NCBI GenBank assembly: GCA_048940925.1
Contig: JBHLOC010000001.1
Coordinates: 1 to 64,000 of the forward strand
Reading direction: 5' to 3'
DNA from: Promethearchaeota archaeon
GTDB taxonomy: Archaea > Asgardarchaeota > Lokiarchaeia > Sigyniarchaeales > SOKP01
Length of the DNA: 64,000 nt
Shown: in pieces, positions 28,891-38,997 of the stretch
Layout: each line of letters begins with the position of its first letter
How positions within the stretch are numbered: position 1 is the stretch's first letter
Translations under genes and position numbers: made by a program
The notes under the pieces: generated by a model
Seen by the model: only the letters and a program-made list of their open reading frames with translations
The model's database searches: none
Told to the model about the DNA's origin: nothing

Positions 28891-30219
28891 TTGCAGAAAA
28901 AAATAACTGAAATCCGAAATCTCTTACTTGAACACCATGATTGGTTTCAAGGTTCGATTCCTTTAATAGCTTCTGAAAATATTACCAGTCCTGCAGTAGA
29001 TGAAGCTTGTGCCACAGATTTTTCACATCGTTATGCAGAGGGTTGGAGTGGACAACGTGTTTATGCTGGTTGTAAATATATAGATCAAATTGAAGATATC
29101 TGTATGGATCTTGCTAAGGAATATTTCAAATGTATTTATGCTGATGTTCGTCCTGTATCTGGAGTCGTCGCGAACTTAGTAATGTATAATGCTTTCACAT
29201 CAGATAATAATGGAAAAATGTGTTGTATGTCAATTGTTCGAGGTGGTCATATTTCACATGGTCCTCGATTTGCGAAAAGTGGAAGAGAAATTTTTGGTAC
29301 CGCAGGAACGACAAGAGGTATAGATGTTGAGTATTTAGCATTCGATAATGATGAAATGAATCTTGATATTGATGGTTCAGCAAAAATTATTAGAGACATT
29401 GAACCAGAATTAGTTTTATTTGGAGGTTCTGTATTTTTATTCCCTCATCCTGTGAAAGAACTAAGTGATGTTGCTAAAGAAGTTGGAGCTTATGTAGGCT
29501 ATGATGCAGCACATGTAGCTGGATTAATTGGTTCAGGATATTTCCAAGATCCTTTAAGAGAAGGGGCAGATGCTATGACAATGAGCACTCATAAAACACT
29601 TCCAGGTCCTCAACATGGAACTTTAGTATCGAATAGAGAAGATTTAATCGATATGTTTAAGTCTTGCGCATTTCCAGCTTTATTATCAAATCATCATCTT
29701 CATAACGTTGCAGGATTAGCGATTGCTATAGCAGAAATGCTGGAATTTGGGAAAGAATATCATAAAAATGTTATTGAAAATGCGAAGGCCCTTGGTCAAG
29801 CGTTATCCACACTCGGATTAAAAGTTTTGATGGAACATAAAGGTTTTACTGAATCTCATCAGATTGTGGTTGACATTACTAATTTTGAGAAAACTATCGG
29901 ATTAGGCGGAGATATTGAGAAATTGTTAGAAGAAGCTAATATAATTCTTAACCGTAATCTTCTACCGTACGATATCGCAGCAGGTAGACATTATCAAAAT
30001 CCAGGTGGTTTGAGAATTGGAACATCTGAAGTGACGAGGTTAGGTATGGGTAAGAGCGAGATGATAGATATTGCAGATTTTTTTAAAAAATTGTTAATTG
30101 ATAAGAAAGACCCTAAAAAGGTAAGAGAGGAAGTGATTGATTTTAAGAAAGATTTTCAAGAGATAAAGTATTGTTTCCAATCTCAAAATAAAGCTTATGA
30201 ATATATAAAATTTTATTAA
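28891..30219 (+). CDS. glyA: serine hydroxymethyltransferase
   Basis: LIASEN, RYAEG, GGHISH, DAAH, STHKTLPGP and GLRIGT motifs. Confidence 0.95.
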   Translation: MQKKITEIRNLLLEHHDWFQGSIPLIASENITSPAVDEACATDFSHRYAEGWSGQRVYAGCKYIDQIEDICMDLAKEYFKCIYADVRPVSGVVANLVMYNAFTSDNNGKMCCMSIVRGGHISHGPRFAKSGREIFGTAGTTRGIDVEYLAFDNDEMNLDIDGSAKIIRDIEPELVLFGGSVFLFPHPVKELSDVAKEVGAYVGYDAAHVAGLIGSGYFQDPLREGADAMTMSTHKTLPGPQHGTLVSNREDLIDMFKSCAFPALLSNHHLHNVAGLAIAIAEMLEFGKEYHKNVIENAKALGQALSTLGLKVLMEHKGFTESHQIVVDITNFEKTIGLGGDIEKLLEEANIILNRNLLPYDIAAGRHYQNPGGLRIGTSEVTRLGMGKSEMIDIADFFKKLLIDKKDPKKVREEVIDFKKDFQEIKYCFQSQNKAYEYIKFY

Positions 30220-30315
30220 TTCATAATACTCTTTTTTTCTAGAATAATAAAACTTATCTAAAATGGCAGATTATTCTTGTTATTCTAATCTTAAATTTTA
30301 TTAGTTTGCTTAATT

Positions 30316-31149
30316 ATGAATCTTGAAGTTCTCGAAAAAAGTGAACATAAATTATCTTTTGTTGTTGAGGGAATTTCCATCGAAATGATAAATGCTATTA
30401 GAAGAATCGTTCAATCTGAAATACCTGTGATGGCTATTGATGAAGTAATTATTTTAAAAAATGATAGCCCTCTCTATGATGAGATAATTTCACACCGTTT
30501 AGGTTTGATTCCCCTCACAACTGACTTAGACACTTATAAATTACCTCGTGATTGTTCCTGTGGAGGATTTGGATGCCCTTTATGCCAAGTTTCACTTACA
30601 TGTGAAGTAACAAACACAATGAATACGCCTTTAGAAATATATTCAGGTGATCTTAAATCCAATGATCCAAAGATAATTCCTGTAGATCCTAATATTCCAT
30701 TAGTAAAAATTGATAAAAATGATAAACTTATATTAGAAGCATATGGAATTTTGGGTATTGCAAAGGATCATGTAAAATGGCAAGCTGTATCTAATGTTTT
30801 CTATAGATTTTATCCAGAAATAGAATTTGATGATACTAAATGTACTAAATGTCCAGACAGATGTATTGTATCTAGAATGTGTCCAGAAAAATTATATGAT
30901 TTTTCAAACCAAAAGAACCCAAAATTAGTGGAGGATTATTGGAAAAAGTGTACATTATGTGAATCTTGTGAAAGAGATTGTCCAGAAAAAGCAATAAAAG
31001 TGGGTAATAAGGATAAAAGTTATATTTTTTTTATTGAAAGTGATGGAGTCTTACCTTTTGAGACAATTATTAAAAAGACTTTCGAGATCTTCCTAGAAAA
31101 GGTTGATGAGTTTATTGAAAAACTTGAAGCAATTGAAATAAAAACCTAA
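30316..31149 (+). CDS. rpoD: RNA polymerase subunit Rpo3 (D) with a ferredoxin-like insert
   Basis: NAIRR..SEIP.MAID.V, YDEIISHRLGLIP, HVKWQ and CTLCESCERDCP motifs. Confidence 0.95.
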   Translation: MNLEVLEKSEHKLSFVVEGISIEMINAIRRIVQSEIPVMAIDEVIILKNDSPLYDEIISHRLGLIPLTTDLDTYKLPRDCSCGGFGCPLCQVSLTCEVTNTMNTPLEIYSGDLKSNDPKIIPVDPNIPLVKIDKNDKLILEAYGILGIAKDHVKWQAVSNVFYRFYPEIEFDDTKCTKCPDRCIVSRMCPEKLYDFSNQKNPKLVEDYWKKCTLCESCERDCPEKAIKVGNKDKSYIFFIESDGVLPFETIIKKTFEIFLEKVDEFIEKLEAIEIKT

Positions 31150-31226
31150 TCTATCCAAAATTTATTAAAACATCAAGAATTTTGAATATCAATTTTAATG
31201 AATTTAATCATGAGTGGAAGCCTATA

Positions 31227-31583
31227 ATGTCTCATAGAGTCACAGGTCCTAGTAACTTTTACATTAGAGCATTAATAAGAGATTTATGGAAAACAAAAAT
31301 AAAAATATGGAGAACAATCTCAAAAAAGTTGAGTGGCCCAAGAAGGAATAGAGTTAAAGTAAATCTATATCGTATAGATAAGAAAACAAATAAAAATGAT
31401 GTTATAGTAATCCCAGGTAAAGTTCTAGGAGTAGGTAATTTAAACCATTCTCTTACAATTGCATGTTTAGAATATTCAAAATCTGCTAAACAAAAAATTG
31501 AATCTTCAGGAAGTAAATTAATTTCAATAGAACAATTATTGGAACAAAATCCTAAAGGTAATGGGGTTAAAATTTTCTATTAA
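31227..31583 (+). CDS. rpl18e: 50S ribosomal protein eL18
   Basis: IW..SKKLSGPRRNRVKVNL, VIPGKVLG and NPKG motifs. Start taken at ATG 31227. Confidence 0.93.
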   Translation: MSHRVTGPSNFYIRALIRDLWKTKIKIWRTISKKLSGPRRNRVKVNLYRIDKKTNKNDVIVIPGKVLGVGNLNHSLTIACLEYSKSAKQKIESSGSKLISIEQLLEQNPKGNGVKIFY

Positions 31584-31606
31584 AAAGAATGTGAGAGTTT
31601 GAAACA

Positions 31607-32080
31607 ATGGTGATAAAATATCAATTGATCGATGCTACAAATAAGATATTAGGTCGGTTTTGTAGTCAAATTGCAAAAAAGGCATTATTGGGAAAATATA
31701 TAGTAATTATTAATGCTAAAGAGGCAATTATAAGTGGAACTAAGAGTAATATTCATGAAAAATATCTAGCTAAGTTGAATATTAAAACTGCAACAAATCC
31801 TCGTAGAGGTCCATTTCATGAAAGAAGACCAGACACTTTTATGCGAAGAGTCATAAAACAAATGCTTCCAAGAAAAAAGCTCAGAGGAAAAGAAGCTTTA
31901 AAAAGAATTCATGTATATATATCAGATATCCCTGAACGATTCAAGCACAGGTATCAAGAATTGATACTCACTGAAATTGACAATGCAGACAGAAAACGTC
32001 TTTCATATTATAATAAATATATTACTTTAGAAAATCTATGTTTACGTTTAGGATGGAATAAAGAAGAAGCTGAGGTTTAA
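31607..32080 (+). CDS. rpl13: 50S ribosomal protein uL13
   Basis: IDAT..ILGR..S..AK, GPFH.RRPD and MLP motifs. Confidence 0.95.
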   Translation: MVIKYQLIDATNKILGRFCSQIAKKALLGKYIVIINAKEAIISGTKSNIHEKYLAKLNIKTATNPRRGPFHERRPDTFMRRVIKQMLPRKKLRGKEALKRIHVYISDIPERFKHRYQELILTEIDNADRKRLSYYNKYITLENLCLRLGWNKEEAEV

Positions 32081-32084
32081 ATAA

Positions 32085-32495
32085 ATGTCAATGAAAGTAG
32101 TTCAAGCATCAGGCAAAAGGAAAACCGCAATAGCAAGAGCTGTATTAAGACATCCCGCAAAAGGACAAATAAAAATTAATAATATTCCATTAGATTTATA
32201 TGAACCTGAGATTGCTCGGATGAGAATACAAGAAGTTATTGAAATAATAAATCATCCAAAACTTGAAAAATGTGATATTACTGTTCGAGTTAAGGGTGGG
32301 GGAAAAATGGGCCAAACTGATGCTGTTCGGATGGCCATTGCAAAATCAATCTACAAATTTATTGGTACAAAAACAATAGAACGAGCTTTCAGAGAGTATG
32401 ATGATTCATTGTTAAGTGGTGATTCAAGAAGAACTGAGCCAAAGAAATTCGGTGGGAAAAAAGCTCGAGCCCGAAGGCAGAAAAGTTTTAGATAA
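32085..32495 (+). CDS. rps9: 30S ribosomal protein uS9
   Basis: GKRKTAIARA, GGG..GQ..A.R.AIA and EPKKFGG..AR...QKSFR motifs. Confidence 0.96.
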   Translation: MSMKVVQASGKRKTAIARAVLRHPAKGQIKINNIPLDLYEPEIARMRIQEVIEIINHPKLEKCDITVRVKGGGKMGQTDAVRMAIAKSIYKFIGTKTIERAFREYDDSLLSGDSRRTEPKKFGGKKARARRQKSFR

Positions 32496-32509
32496 TTTCT
32501 TTTAACAAT

Positions 32510-33826
32510 TCAAACTAATTCTAATTGAGCTCCTAATTTCTTTAAATCATTCAAGAAGGTAGGATAGGAGTCATTTACAATATCTATATTTTTTATTTGA
32601 GATGAGGAAGAAGCATACAAAGCAGCAATACTGCAAGCCATAGCAATTCTATGATCGTTATCGTGATCTACATTAATACCTTTTAGGTTATTACAGCGCA
32701 GTATTGTTAGCCTATCACTTTCTTCTATTACTTCGACACCCATTTTTTCTAATTCACGAGCTATAACCGATATTCTATCACACTCTTTACTTCTAAGATG
32801 TAATGCATTAAAAAGTGTAGTTTTACCTTCAGCAAAAGCGCCTAAAACTGCTAAAATAGGAAAAAGATCTGGTATATCATGACAATCAATCTCCACCCCT
32901 TTTAACGGGTAATTATTTAGGTTTCCTTCAATAATTACTTGATGACGACTTTCATCAATCTTAATATTAGCACCCATTTTATTTAGGATTTCAATTATTT
33001 TTGTATCTCCTTGAAAATTTTTTGTACTTAAATTGTTGATAATCACTTTTGATTCTTTACTACATAATACAGTTGCTGCGATGAGAAACGAGGCAGAAGA
33101 AAAATCTCCTGGAATTTCATAAGATTGGGCTCTATAATTTTGCTCGGTTGTTATATAAAATTTCCCCTCTTTGAAATTTTCTTGAATGTGTATACCAAAT
33201 GAGTTCAATACATCTAAAGTAATTTTTAAATATGGTGAAGATACTAATGGACTTGTTAATTCTATTTCAATATAATCTTTATTATCACACTTTAATAAAG
33301 GACATACTATCAATAAAGCTGTTATAAATTGTGAACTTATGTTTCCAGGAATCTTAACTTTGTTACATGAGACTTTTTTACGTTTAATTTGAAGTTTTTC
33401 ATTGGATAATTTAAATTTTGCTCCTAATGATTCAATTGAATTGAGGAGAGGAAGAAGAGGTCTTTTTCGCCTTATAAATTCACCAGTTAAAGTGAGTCCT
33501 CCTTTTACTAATAAACTTAAAACACTAAAAATTCTTATGGAAGTTCCAGAGTTTTTGCAATCAAGAGCTCTTTTATAGGGCTTAAATGAGCCTTTTGAAC
33601 GTTCTATTATATAAGAGCTATTATCAACTTTTAAGATTTTTATTCCTAATGACCTTAAAATATCTATTGTAACTCCGGCATCGCCAGAAACTAAAGGATT
33701 TTTAATTATAGAAATTCCATCTGCAAGGCTAGCAGCTATAAAGGCTCTATGTGAATAACTTTTAGATCCTGGTGCTGTGATTTCACCGTTTAGATTATTT
33801 GCTAATGGATTAATTTTGAGATCCAT
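32510..33826 (-). CDS. aroA: EPSP synthase
   Basis: PGSKSYSHRA, NSGTSIR, SSQFITAL, KECDRI and DHRIAM motifs. Confidence 0.94.
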   Translation of the reverse strand: MDLKINPLANNLNGEITAPGSKSYSHRAFIAASLADGISIIKNPLVSGDAGVTIDILRSLGIKILKVDNSSYIIERSKGSFKPYKRALDCKNSGTSIRIFSVLSLLVKGGLTLTGEFIRRKRPLLPLLNSIESLGAKFKLSNEKLQIKRKKVSCNKVKIPGNISSQFITALLIVCPLLKCDNKDYIEIELTSPLVSSPYLKITLDVLNSFGIHIQENFKEGKFYITTEQNYRAQSYEIPGDFSSASFLIAATVLCSKESKVIINNLSTKNFQGDTKIIEILNKMGANIKIDESRHQVIIEGNLNNYPLKGVEIDCHDIPDLFPILAVLGAFAEGKTTLFNALHLRSKECDRISVIARELEKMGVEVIEESDRLTILRCNNLKGINVDHDNDHRIAMACSIAALYASSSSQIKNIDIVNDSYPTFLNDLKKLGAQLELV

Positions 33827-33916
33827 TACATAATAAATAGAAATTAAAAGATATAATATTAATTAATATTGAAGAAAAATTATTATCTTATGAAGTTTAA
33901 ATGTATGTGATTTTAC

Positions 33917-35023
33917 GTGAATAACTCATTTGGAACAATCTTTAAAATAACTTCTTTTGGAGAGAGTCATGGTGAGTTAGTCGGTGTAATTATAGATGGG
34001 ATTCCAGCAGGTCTTAATTTTAATCTAACATTAATTCAAAAAGAATTAAATATGAGAAGACCTGGTCAATCTAACATTACCACTTCACGCAATGAAGAAG
34101 ATAAAGTAAAGGTTGTGTCAGGAATTTTCAAGAAAAAAACGACAGGAGCTCCAATTTGTTTAATTATAGAAAATGAAGATCTTAATTCCTTACCATATGA
34201 AAAATTTAAAAATTTTCTACGACCCTCTCACGCAGATTATACCGCATTAATAAAATATGGAGGAAATTCTGATTATCGAGGTTCAGGACGATTTTCTGGC
34301 AGAATTACAGCGGGGTTCGTAATTGCGGGAGCTTTGGCTAAACAAATACTACAAAAATACAATATTACTATATTTGCATACACAAAAAGTATTGGAGATA
34401 TAATTGATGATAAGGACTATACGTCATATGATTATCATGAATTGATCGATTTAAGAGAAAAATCTATAACTAGATCGTTAGATATAAATAAATCACGGTT
34501 AATGGAAGATAGAATCGTAAAAGTTAAAAATCTAAAAGATTCAATTGGAGGGACTATAAGATGTATAACAAAAAATTTTCCAGAAGGGAAAGGGGGTCCA
34601 ATTTTCAATGGTCTTGAATCTATTATAAGTAAAGCAATTTTTTCTATACCAGCTATAAAAGGAATAGAGTTTGGAGCAGGATTTAAATCAGCACAGATGA
34701 AAGGATCTGAACATAATGATCCCTGGATTATTAAAGATGGGAAAATACAAACTATGAAAAATGATGCGGGAGGCATAATTGGTGGAATTTCAACGGGAAT
34801 GCCTATTGAATTTACAGTTGTTGTAAAACCACCTTCTTCAATAGGTATCTCTCAAAAAACTGTAAATATTGAAACGAAAAAGAATGTAGAAATTGAATTT
34901 TCTGGAAGACATGACCCATGCATTATACCTCGAGTTATCCCCGCAGTTGAAGCTATGACTGCAATTGTATTGCTAGATTGCCTATTAATAGAAGGTTTTA
35001 TTCCAAAAGTCTTAAAATCTTAA
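33917..35023 (+). CDS. aroC: chorismate synthase
   Basis: FGESHG, RPSHAD, KGIEFGAG, GGISTG and GRHDPC motifs. Confidence 0.95.
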   Translation: MNNSFGTIFKITSFGESHGELVGVIIDGIPAGLNFNLTLIQKELNMRRPGQSNITTSRNEEDKVKVVSGIFKKKTTGAPICLIIENEDLNSLPYEKFKNFLRPSHADYTALIKYGGNSDYRGSGRFSGRITAGFVIAGALAKQILQKYNITIFAYTKSIGDIIDDKDYTSYDYHELIDLREKSITRSLDINKSRLMEDRIVKVKNLKDSIGGTIRCITKNFPEGKGGPIFNGLESIISKAIFSIPAIKGIEFGAGFKSAQMKGSEHNDPWIIKDGKIQTMKNDAGGIIGGISTGMPIEFTVVVKPPSSIGISQKTVNIETKKNVEIEFSGRHDPCIIPRVIPAVEAMTAIVLLDCLLIEGFIPKVLKS

Positions 35024-35129
35024 ATTTCAACATAATCTACTTAAATTGATGATTAAACATCATTTTATATTCCAAAAAAAAAATAAAAACAATTAACTAT
35101 ACTAGTAAAATATTGTAATGTGATTCATC

Positions 35130-35363
35130 ATGACAACATCAATTCAAGAAGAATTTATAGAAAAAGTAATAAAATTAATTGATCGATGGTCTTTTGAGAT
35201 GTGTGCTTTCTGTGATAATGGGTCGATGGTTTCGATAGAAGGTATGCTTGATTTTAAATGTAGTAGATGTGGAAAACGAATGACTCCTGTTACATATTTG
35301 GGAGAAATTGCCAAAGAGGTTTTCAAATATAGAGATCAAGTGGAAAATTCAAATAATGAGTAA
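35130..35363 (+). CDS. small Zn-ribbon protein
   Basis: CAFC...CSRCG. Confidence 0.65.
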   Translation: MTTSIQEEFIEKVIKLIDRWSFEMCAFCDNGSMVSIEGMLDFKCSRCGKRMTPVTYLGEIAKEVFKYRDQVENSNNE

Positions 35364-35461
35364 CCGAATGGCAATCTATTTTAAAAAAAATTAAATATTT
35401 TAATGTGTTGGAATCTTAAGATTCTCATGAATTCTTCTTCTATAGAATAACATCACTCTAG

Positions 35462-36895
35462 GTGTGTAAAATTAAATTACCAATTACTGCAGTAATGCTT
35501 GGGGCTGGGAGAAGAGGGCTTCAAGTATATGGAGAGTATGCTTTAAAAAATAAAAAAAAATTAAAATTTATTGCTGTTGCCGAACCTATTAAAACAAGAT
35601 GTCAAAAATTCGCTGAACAACACAAGATTCCTTCAAATCGGTGCTATAAAAGTTGGGAAGATTTACTTCAAGAAGAAAGATTTGCAGATGTAGCATTTGT
35701 TTGCACACAAGATCAAATGCATACAAAACCAACCTTATTAGCCTTAGAAAAAGGGTATCATGTGCTTTTGGAAAAACCTATGGCTCATAGATTAGAAGAT
35801 TGTATAAAAATTGTGAAAAAAGTAGAAGAAACAGGAAGAATCTTAGGTGTAAGTCATGTTTTAAGATATACTGGTTTTTTTTCAACTATATATGAAATAA
35901 TAAGGAGAGGATTATTAGGAGATATAGTTAATATTTCTCATAGAGAAAATATAATGTGGTATCATTATGCTCATAGTTTTATCAGAGGACCATGGTCAAA
36001 TGTTGAAAAATCTTCTCCAATGATATTAGCAAAATGTTGTCATGATCTTGATTTACTTTTTCATTTAGTAGGGTCACTTCCAAAGAAAATTAGTTCTTTT
36101 GGAAGTTTATTGCATTTTAAACCTGAAAATGCTCCAAAAGGAGCTCCAAAATATTGTTTAGATGGATGCGCTGCTAAAGATGAATGCCTCTATTACGCTC
36201 CAAGAACATATATTGATATTATCCCAATTATCCAAATGTTGGAAAAAAGTGATAATACGTTTCTAAAGTTATTAGGAAAGTTAAGAAAGAACTATGTGAA
36301 TTTCTTCACATTTTTGTCAAAAATAATAAAACCACTTAAAGAATTACGACACTATCGAGATTTTCCAATTTATTATTTATATCGTGGTCAAAAAGAAGAT
36401 TATAGCGATAAGGCTAAGCTTGAGATTCTGAAAAATAGCCAATATGGAAAATGTGTATATCATTGCGATAATGATGTAGTAGATCATCAAGTGGTTAATA
36501 TTGAATTTGAAAACGGAGTTACGGCTAATTTAACTATGCATGGTTTCAGTGAACAAGAAGGTCGAACTTTAAGAATTGATGGAACAAAGGCAACATTAAT
36601 AGGTGAATTTCATATAAGTGGTGAGAGGATTATTCTCTATGATCATTTTACTGGGACAGAAAAGCTTGTCTTTAAAAAAAAAATGACACGTGAATCCGGT
36701 GAGCATGGTGTAGGAGATTTTGAACTAGTAGATGCCTACATTACATCACTCATTAATAAAAGAAAAACTCAACCGTTAACAAGTGCACAGGAGACACTCG
36801 AAAGTCACTTAATGGCTTTTGCTGCCAATGAATCACGTTTAAAAGGAATTGTGGTTGATATGGAAAAATTTCGTGAAAGAGCTGTACAAATCTGA
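35462..36895 (+). CDS. Gfo/Idh/MocA family oxidoreductase
   Basis: GAGRRG, LLEKP and KCCHDLD motifs. Confidence 0.9.
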   Translation: MCKIKLPITAVMLGAGRRGLQVYGEYALKNKKKLKFIAVAEPIKTRCQKFAEQHKIPSNRCYKSWEDLLQEERFADVAFVCTQDQMHTKPTLLALEKGYHVLLEKPMAHRLEDCIKIVKKVEETGRILGVSHVLRYTGFFSTIYEIIRRGLLGDIVNISHRENIMWYHYAHSFIRGPWSNVEKSSPMILAKCCHDLDLLFHLVGSLPKKISSFGSLLHFKPENAPKGAPKYCLDGCAAKDECLYYAPRTYIDIIPIIQMLEKSDNTFLKLLGKLRKNYVNFFTFLSKIIKPLKELRHYRDFPIYYLYRGQKEDYSDKAKLEILKNSQYGKCVYHCDNDVVDHQVVNIEFENGVTANLTMHGFSEQEGRTLRIDGTKATLIGEFHISGERIILYDHFTGTEKLVFKKKMTRESGEHGVGDFELVDAYITSLINKRKTQPLTSAQETLESHLMAFAANESRLKGIVVDMEKFRERAVQI

Positions 36896-37008
36896 ATGGG
36901 TCATCAATAATTACTTATATAAGAATGTAATAATTATAGTTAATTTATTATAATTAACAATATAAGATATTATATATTTAAATTCAAATTTTGGATTGAC
37001 AACATATA

Positions 37009-37239
37009 ATGGATAAGAAAATTGATACATCAGAACAGTTTATAGAGTTTTACAAAAAAAAGGGAGATTATTTGGTAACTCTTTCTGAAAATCATTTTAA
37101 GAATATAGAATATCGAAAGTGTCTTGAATTACTAAATCAGGCATATAGTATGTATATGAAAGGTAATTATACTGATTTAGCTAATAAAACAAAAGAAAGA
37201 TTCATGGAAATCAAAAAGAAATATTTTACTAACAAATAG
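37009..37239 (+). CDS. small helical (TPR-like) hypothetical protein
   Basis: YRKCLELLNQAYSMY helix-pair pattern. Confidence 0.6.
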   Translation: MDKKIDTSEQFIEFYKKKGDYLVTLSENHFKNIEYRKCLELLNQAYSMYMKGNYTDLANKTKERFMEIKKKYFTNK

Positions 37240-37247
37240 AACTGAGT

Positions 37248-37739
37248 TTAGGTACTGAAATTCTTTTCTAACTTGTCTTCGATATCTTCAATATGAGTCC
37301 CTTTCCAAAAGACCTTTTTACAATCTAAATTAGAGCACTGAAAGAACTCATTATAATGCTTGAAGGTATCTTCTAAAACAATATTTTTTACCAAATTTTT
37401 GTCTTTAATTTTAATTAAAAGTGAATTACACTTTGAACATCTTGCTCGTTCAATTTTAAAATCAAAGGTTAATCCTAACCTTCTTTTAAGTTGATTTAAG
37501 TAATTATATACTCCTTCTCCTTTCAGGTATAGACTTCTACTTCTATAAGAATTATAGAGAGGGTAATCCTTAGTTATAATAATCCGATCATCTTTTTGAG
37601 CAAATTCAATTAATTTTTCATCCGGAACAGGATCAATTTTAAAACTTTTAATTAAATCGTTAGCATATATAGTATCGTAACCAAAAATTCTAAGGAAACG
37701 TGCTAGTTTTCCTAGCATTGCATCTACTAAGAATTTCAT
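37248..37739 (-). CDS. Mut7-C RNase (PIN) domain protein
   Basis: KFLVDAMLGKLARFLRIFGYDT, RCSKCN and C..C.KVFWKGTH motifs. Confidence 0.9.
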   Translation of the reverse strand: MKFLVDAMLGKLARFLRIFGYDTIYANDLIKSFKIDPVPDEKLIEFAQKDDRIIITKDYPLYNSYRSRSLYLKGEGVYNYLNQLKRRLGLTFDFKIERARCSKCNSLLIKIKDKNLVKNIVLEDTFKHYNEFFQCSNLDCKKVFWKGTHIEDIEDKLEKNFST

Positions 37740-37844
37740 ATTTAGAAGTTAACGCTCTTGTTAATTCCTATTATATTAAATATATTTAAAACATGTAATA
37801 AATTATATAATTGAAATTTAATCAAAAAAAAACTAAAATTATCT

Positions 37845-38372
37845 ATGGAAGCTAAAGATTTAATGGAAAAAGCAGTCAAATTTCATGGGCATATATGTCC
37901 AGGTTTAGCAATAGGAGTCCTAGCGGCAAAATATCTGCTAGAGAATGGGTTTAAATATTCTCCTAATGAAGAAATAGTGGCACTCGTTGAAAATGATAAT
38001 TGTAGTATTGATGCACTTCAAGTTTTATTAGGAACAACATATGGGAAAGGTAATCTTATACACCAAGATTATGGAAAACTAAATTATTATTTCTATAATA
38101 GAGAAACTAAAAAAGCGGTAAAATTAACTATCAAAAATAAGGATTTTGGAAATAAAAAATTATCTAAAATGGAGCGGGTTCAAAAAATTTTAAAATCAAA
38201 GCCTAAGGATATTTTTAATGTATACGAACTAGAATTTAATCCTCCTGGATTAGCAGAAATAGAGGAATCTATACCGTGTGATATATGTGGTGAACTTACT
38301 ATGAATAGCCGGCTTATGTTCTATGAAAATAGCACGATGTGCATTCCTTGTTATAGGGCTCGTAGAAAGTAA
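37845..38372 (+). CDS. FmdE/FwdE family protein
   Basis: FHGHICPGL, C..DA.Q...GTT.GKGN and a C-terminal CDICGE...CIPC. Confidence 0.9.
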   Translation: MEAKDLMEKAVKFHGHICPGLAIGVLAAKYLLENGFKYSPNEEIVALVENDNCSIDALQVLLGTTYGKGNLIHQDYGKLNYYFYNRETKKAVKLTIKNKDFGNKKLSKMERVQKILKSKPKDIFNVYELEFNPPGLAEIEESIPCDICGELTMNSRLMFYENSTMCIPCYRARRK

Positions 38373-38380
38373 TTTTTACT

Positions 38381-38843
38381 ATAAGTGCACCTATAACTTG
38401 TCGTTCAATTTTAATTCATTTGGTTCCATTTTTTAAAATTTTCATGAAATTTCACCCTACCAATTCTGAAAAATTTAGAACGGAGAAAAATCAAAAATGG
38501 GTCTGTTTTGATAAGATACCCTTAAGCATCGTACCAAAAATAAAAAAAATTGATGAAAACAATGAAAAAATCGTTATATAAAATGAATTATACAATGTTA
38601 CTATTTCAGGGACGATTTGATGCTGACATTAAAAAAGAGAGCATGAATTATATTTACAATAACATTAATTCTAAAAAAAAGTGGAAAATTTGGTTAGAAC
38701 ATAATGATCATTCAATATTAAATAACCCAGATCATAATCAAATAGTTTTAGAACTTGTAAAATTTAAAAAAAATTTGTCCTTAAATTATTTATTATTAAA
38801 TAAATTACTTAAAATATCAAGATTAGACATTTGTACTTTTTAA
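38381..38843 (+). pseudogene. 5'-truncated, frameshifted carboxylesterase (alpha/beta hydrolase) remnant
   Basis: ISAP...LVPFFKIF...DKIPL in one frame, shifting in the A8 run at 38542-38549 to LLFQGRFDADI...IYNNINS..K..IWLEHNDH. No GxSxG half is present. Confidence 0.65.
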
Positions 38844-38997
38844 AATCTAAATTATGAATAATATACTTTTTCTAAGAAGGATAGTTGAATATCTATACTT
38901 TATTTTTATTGTAAAAAAAGAGAGGAAATTAACGATATTAAAAAAAATCGTAATTAAACAATAATTTTAATTATTTTCTAACTAAGATGAATAACCT

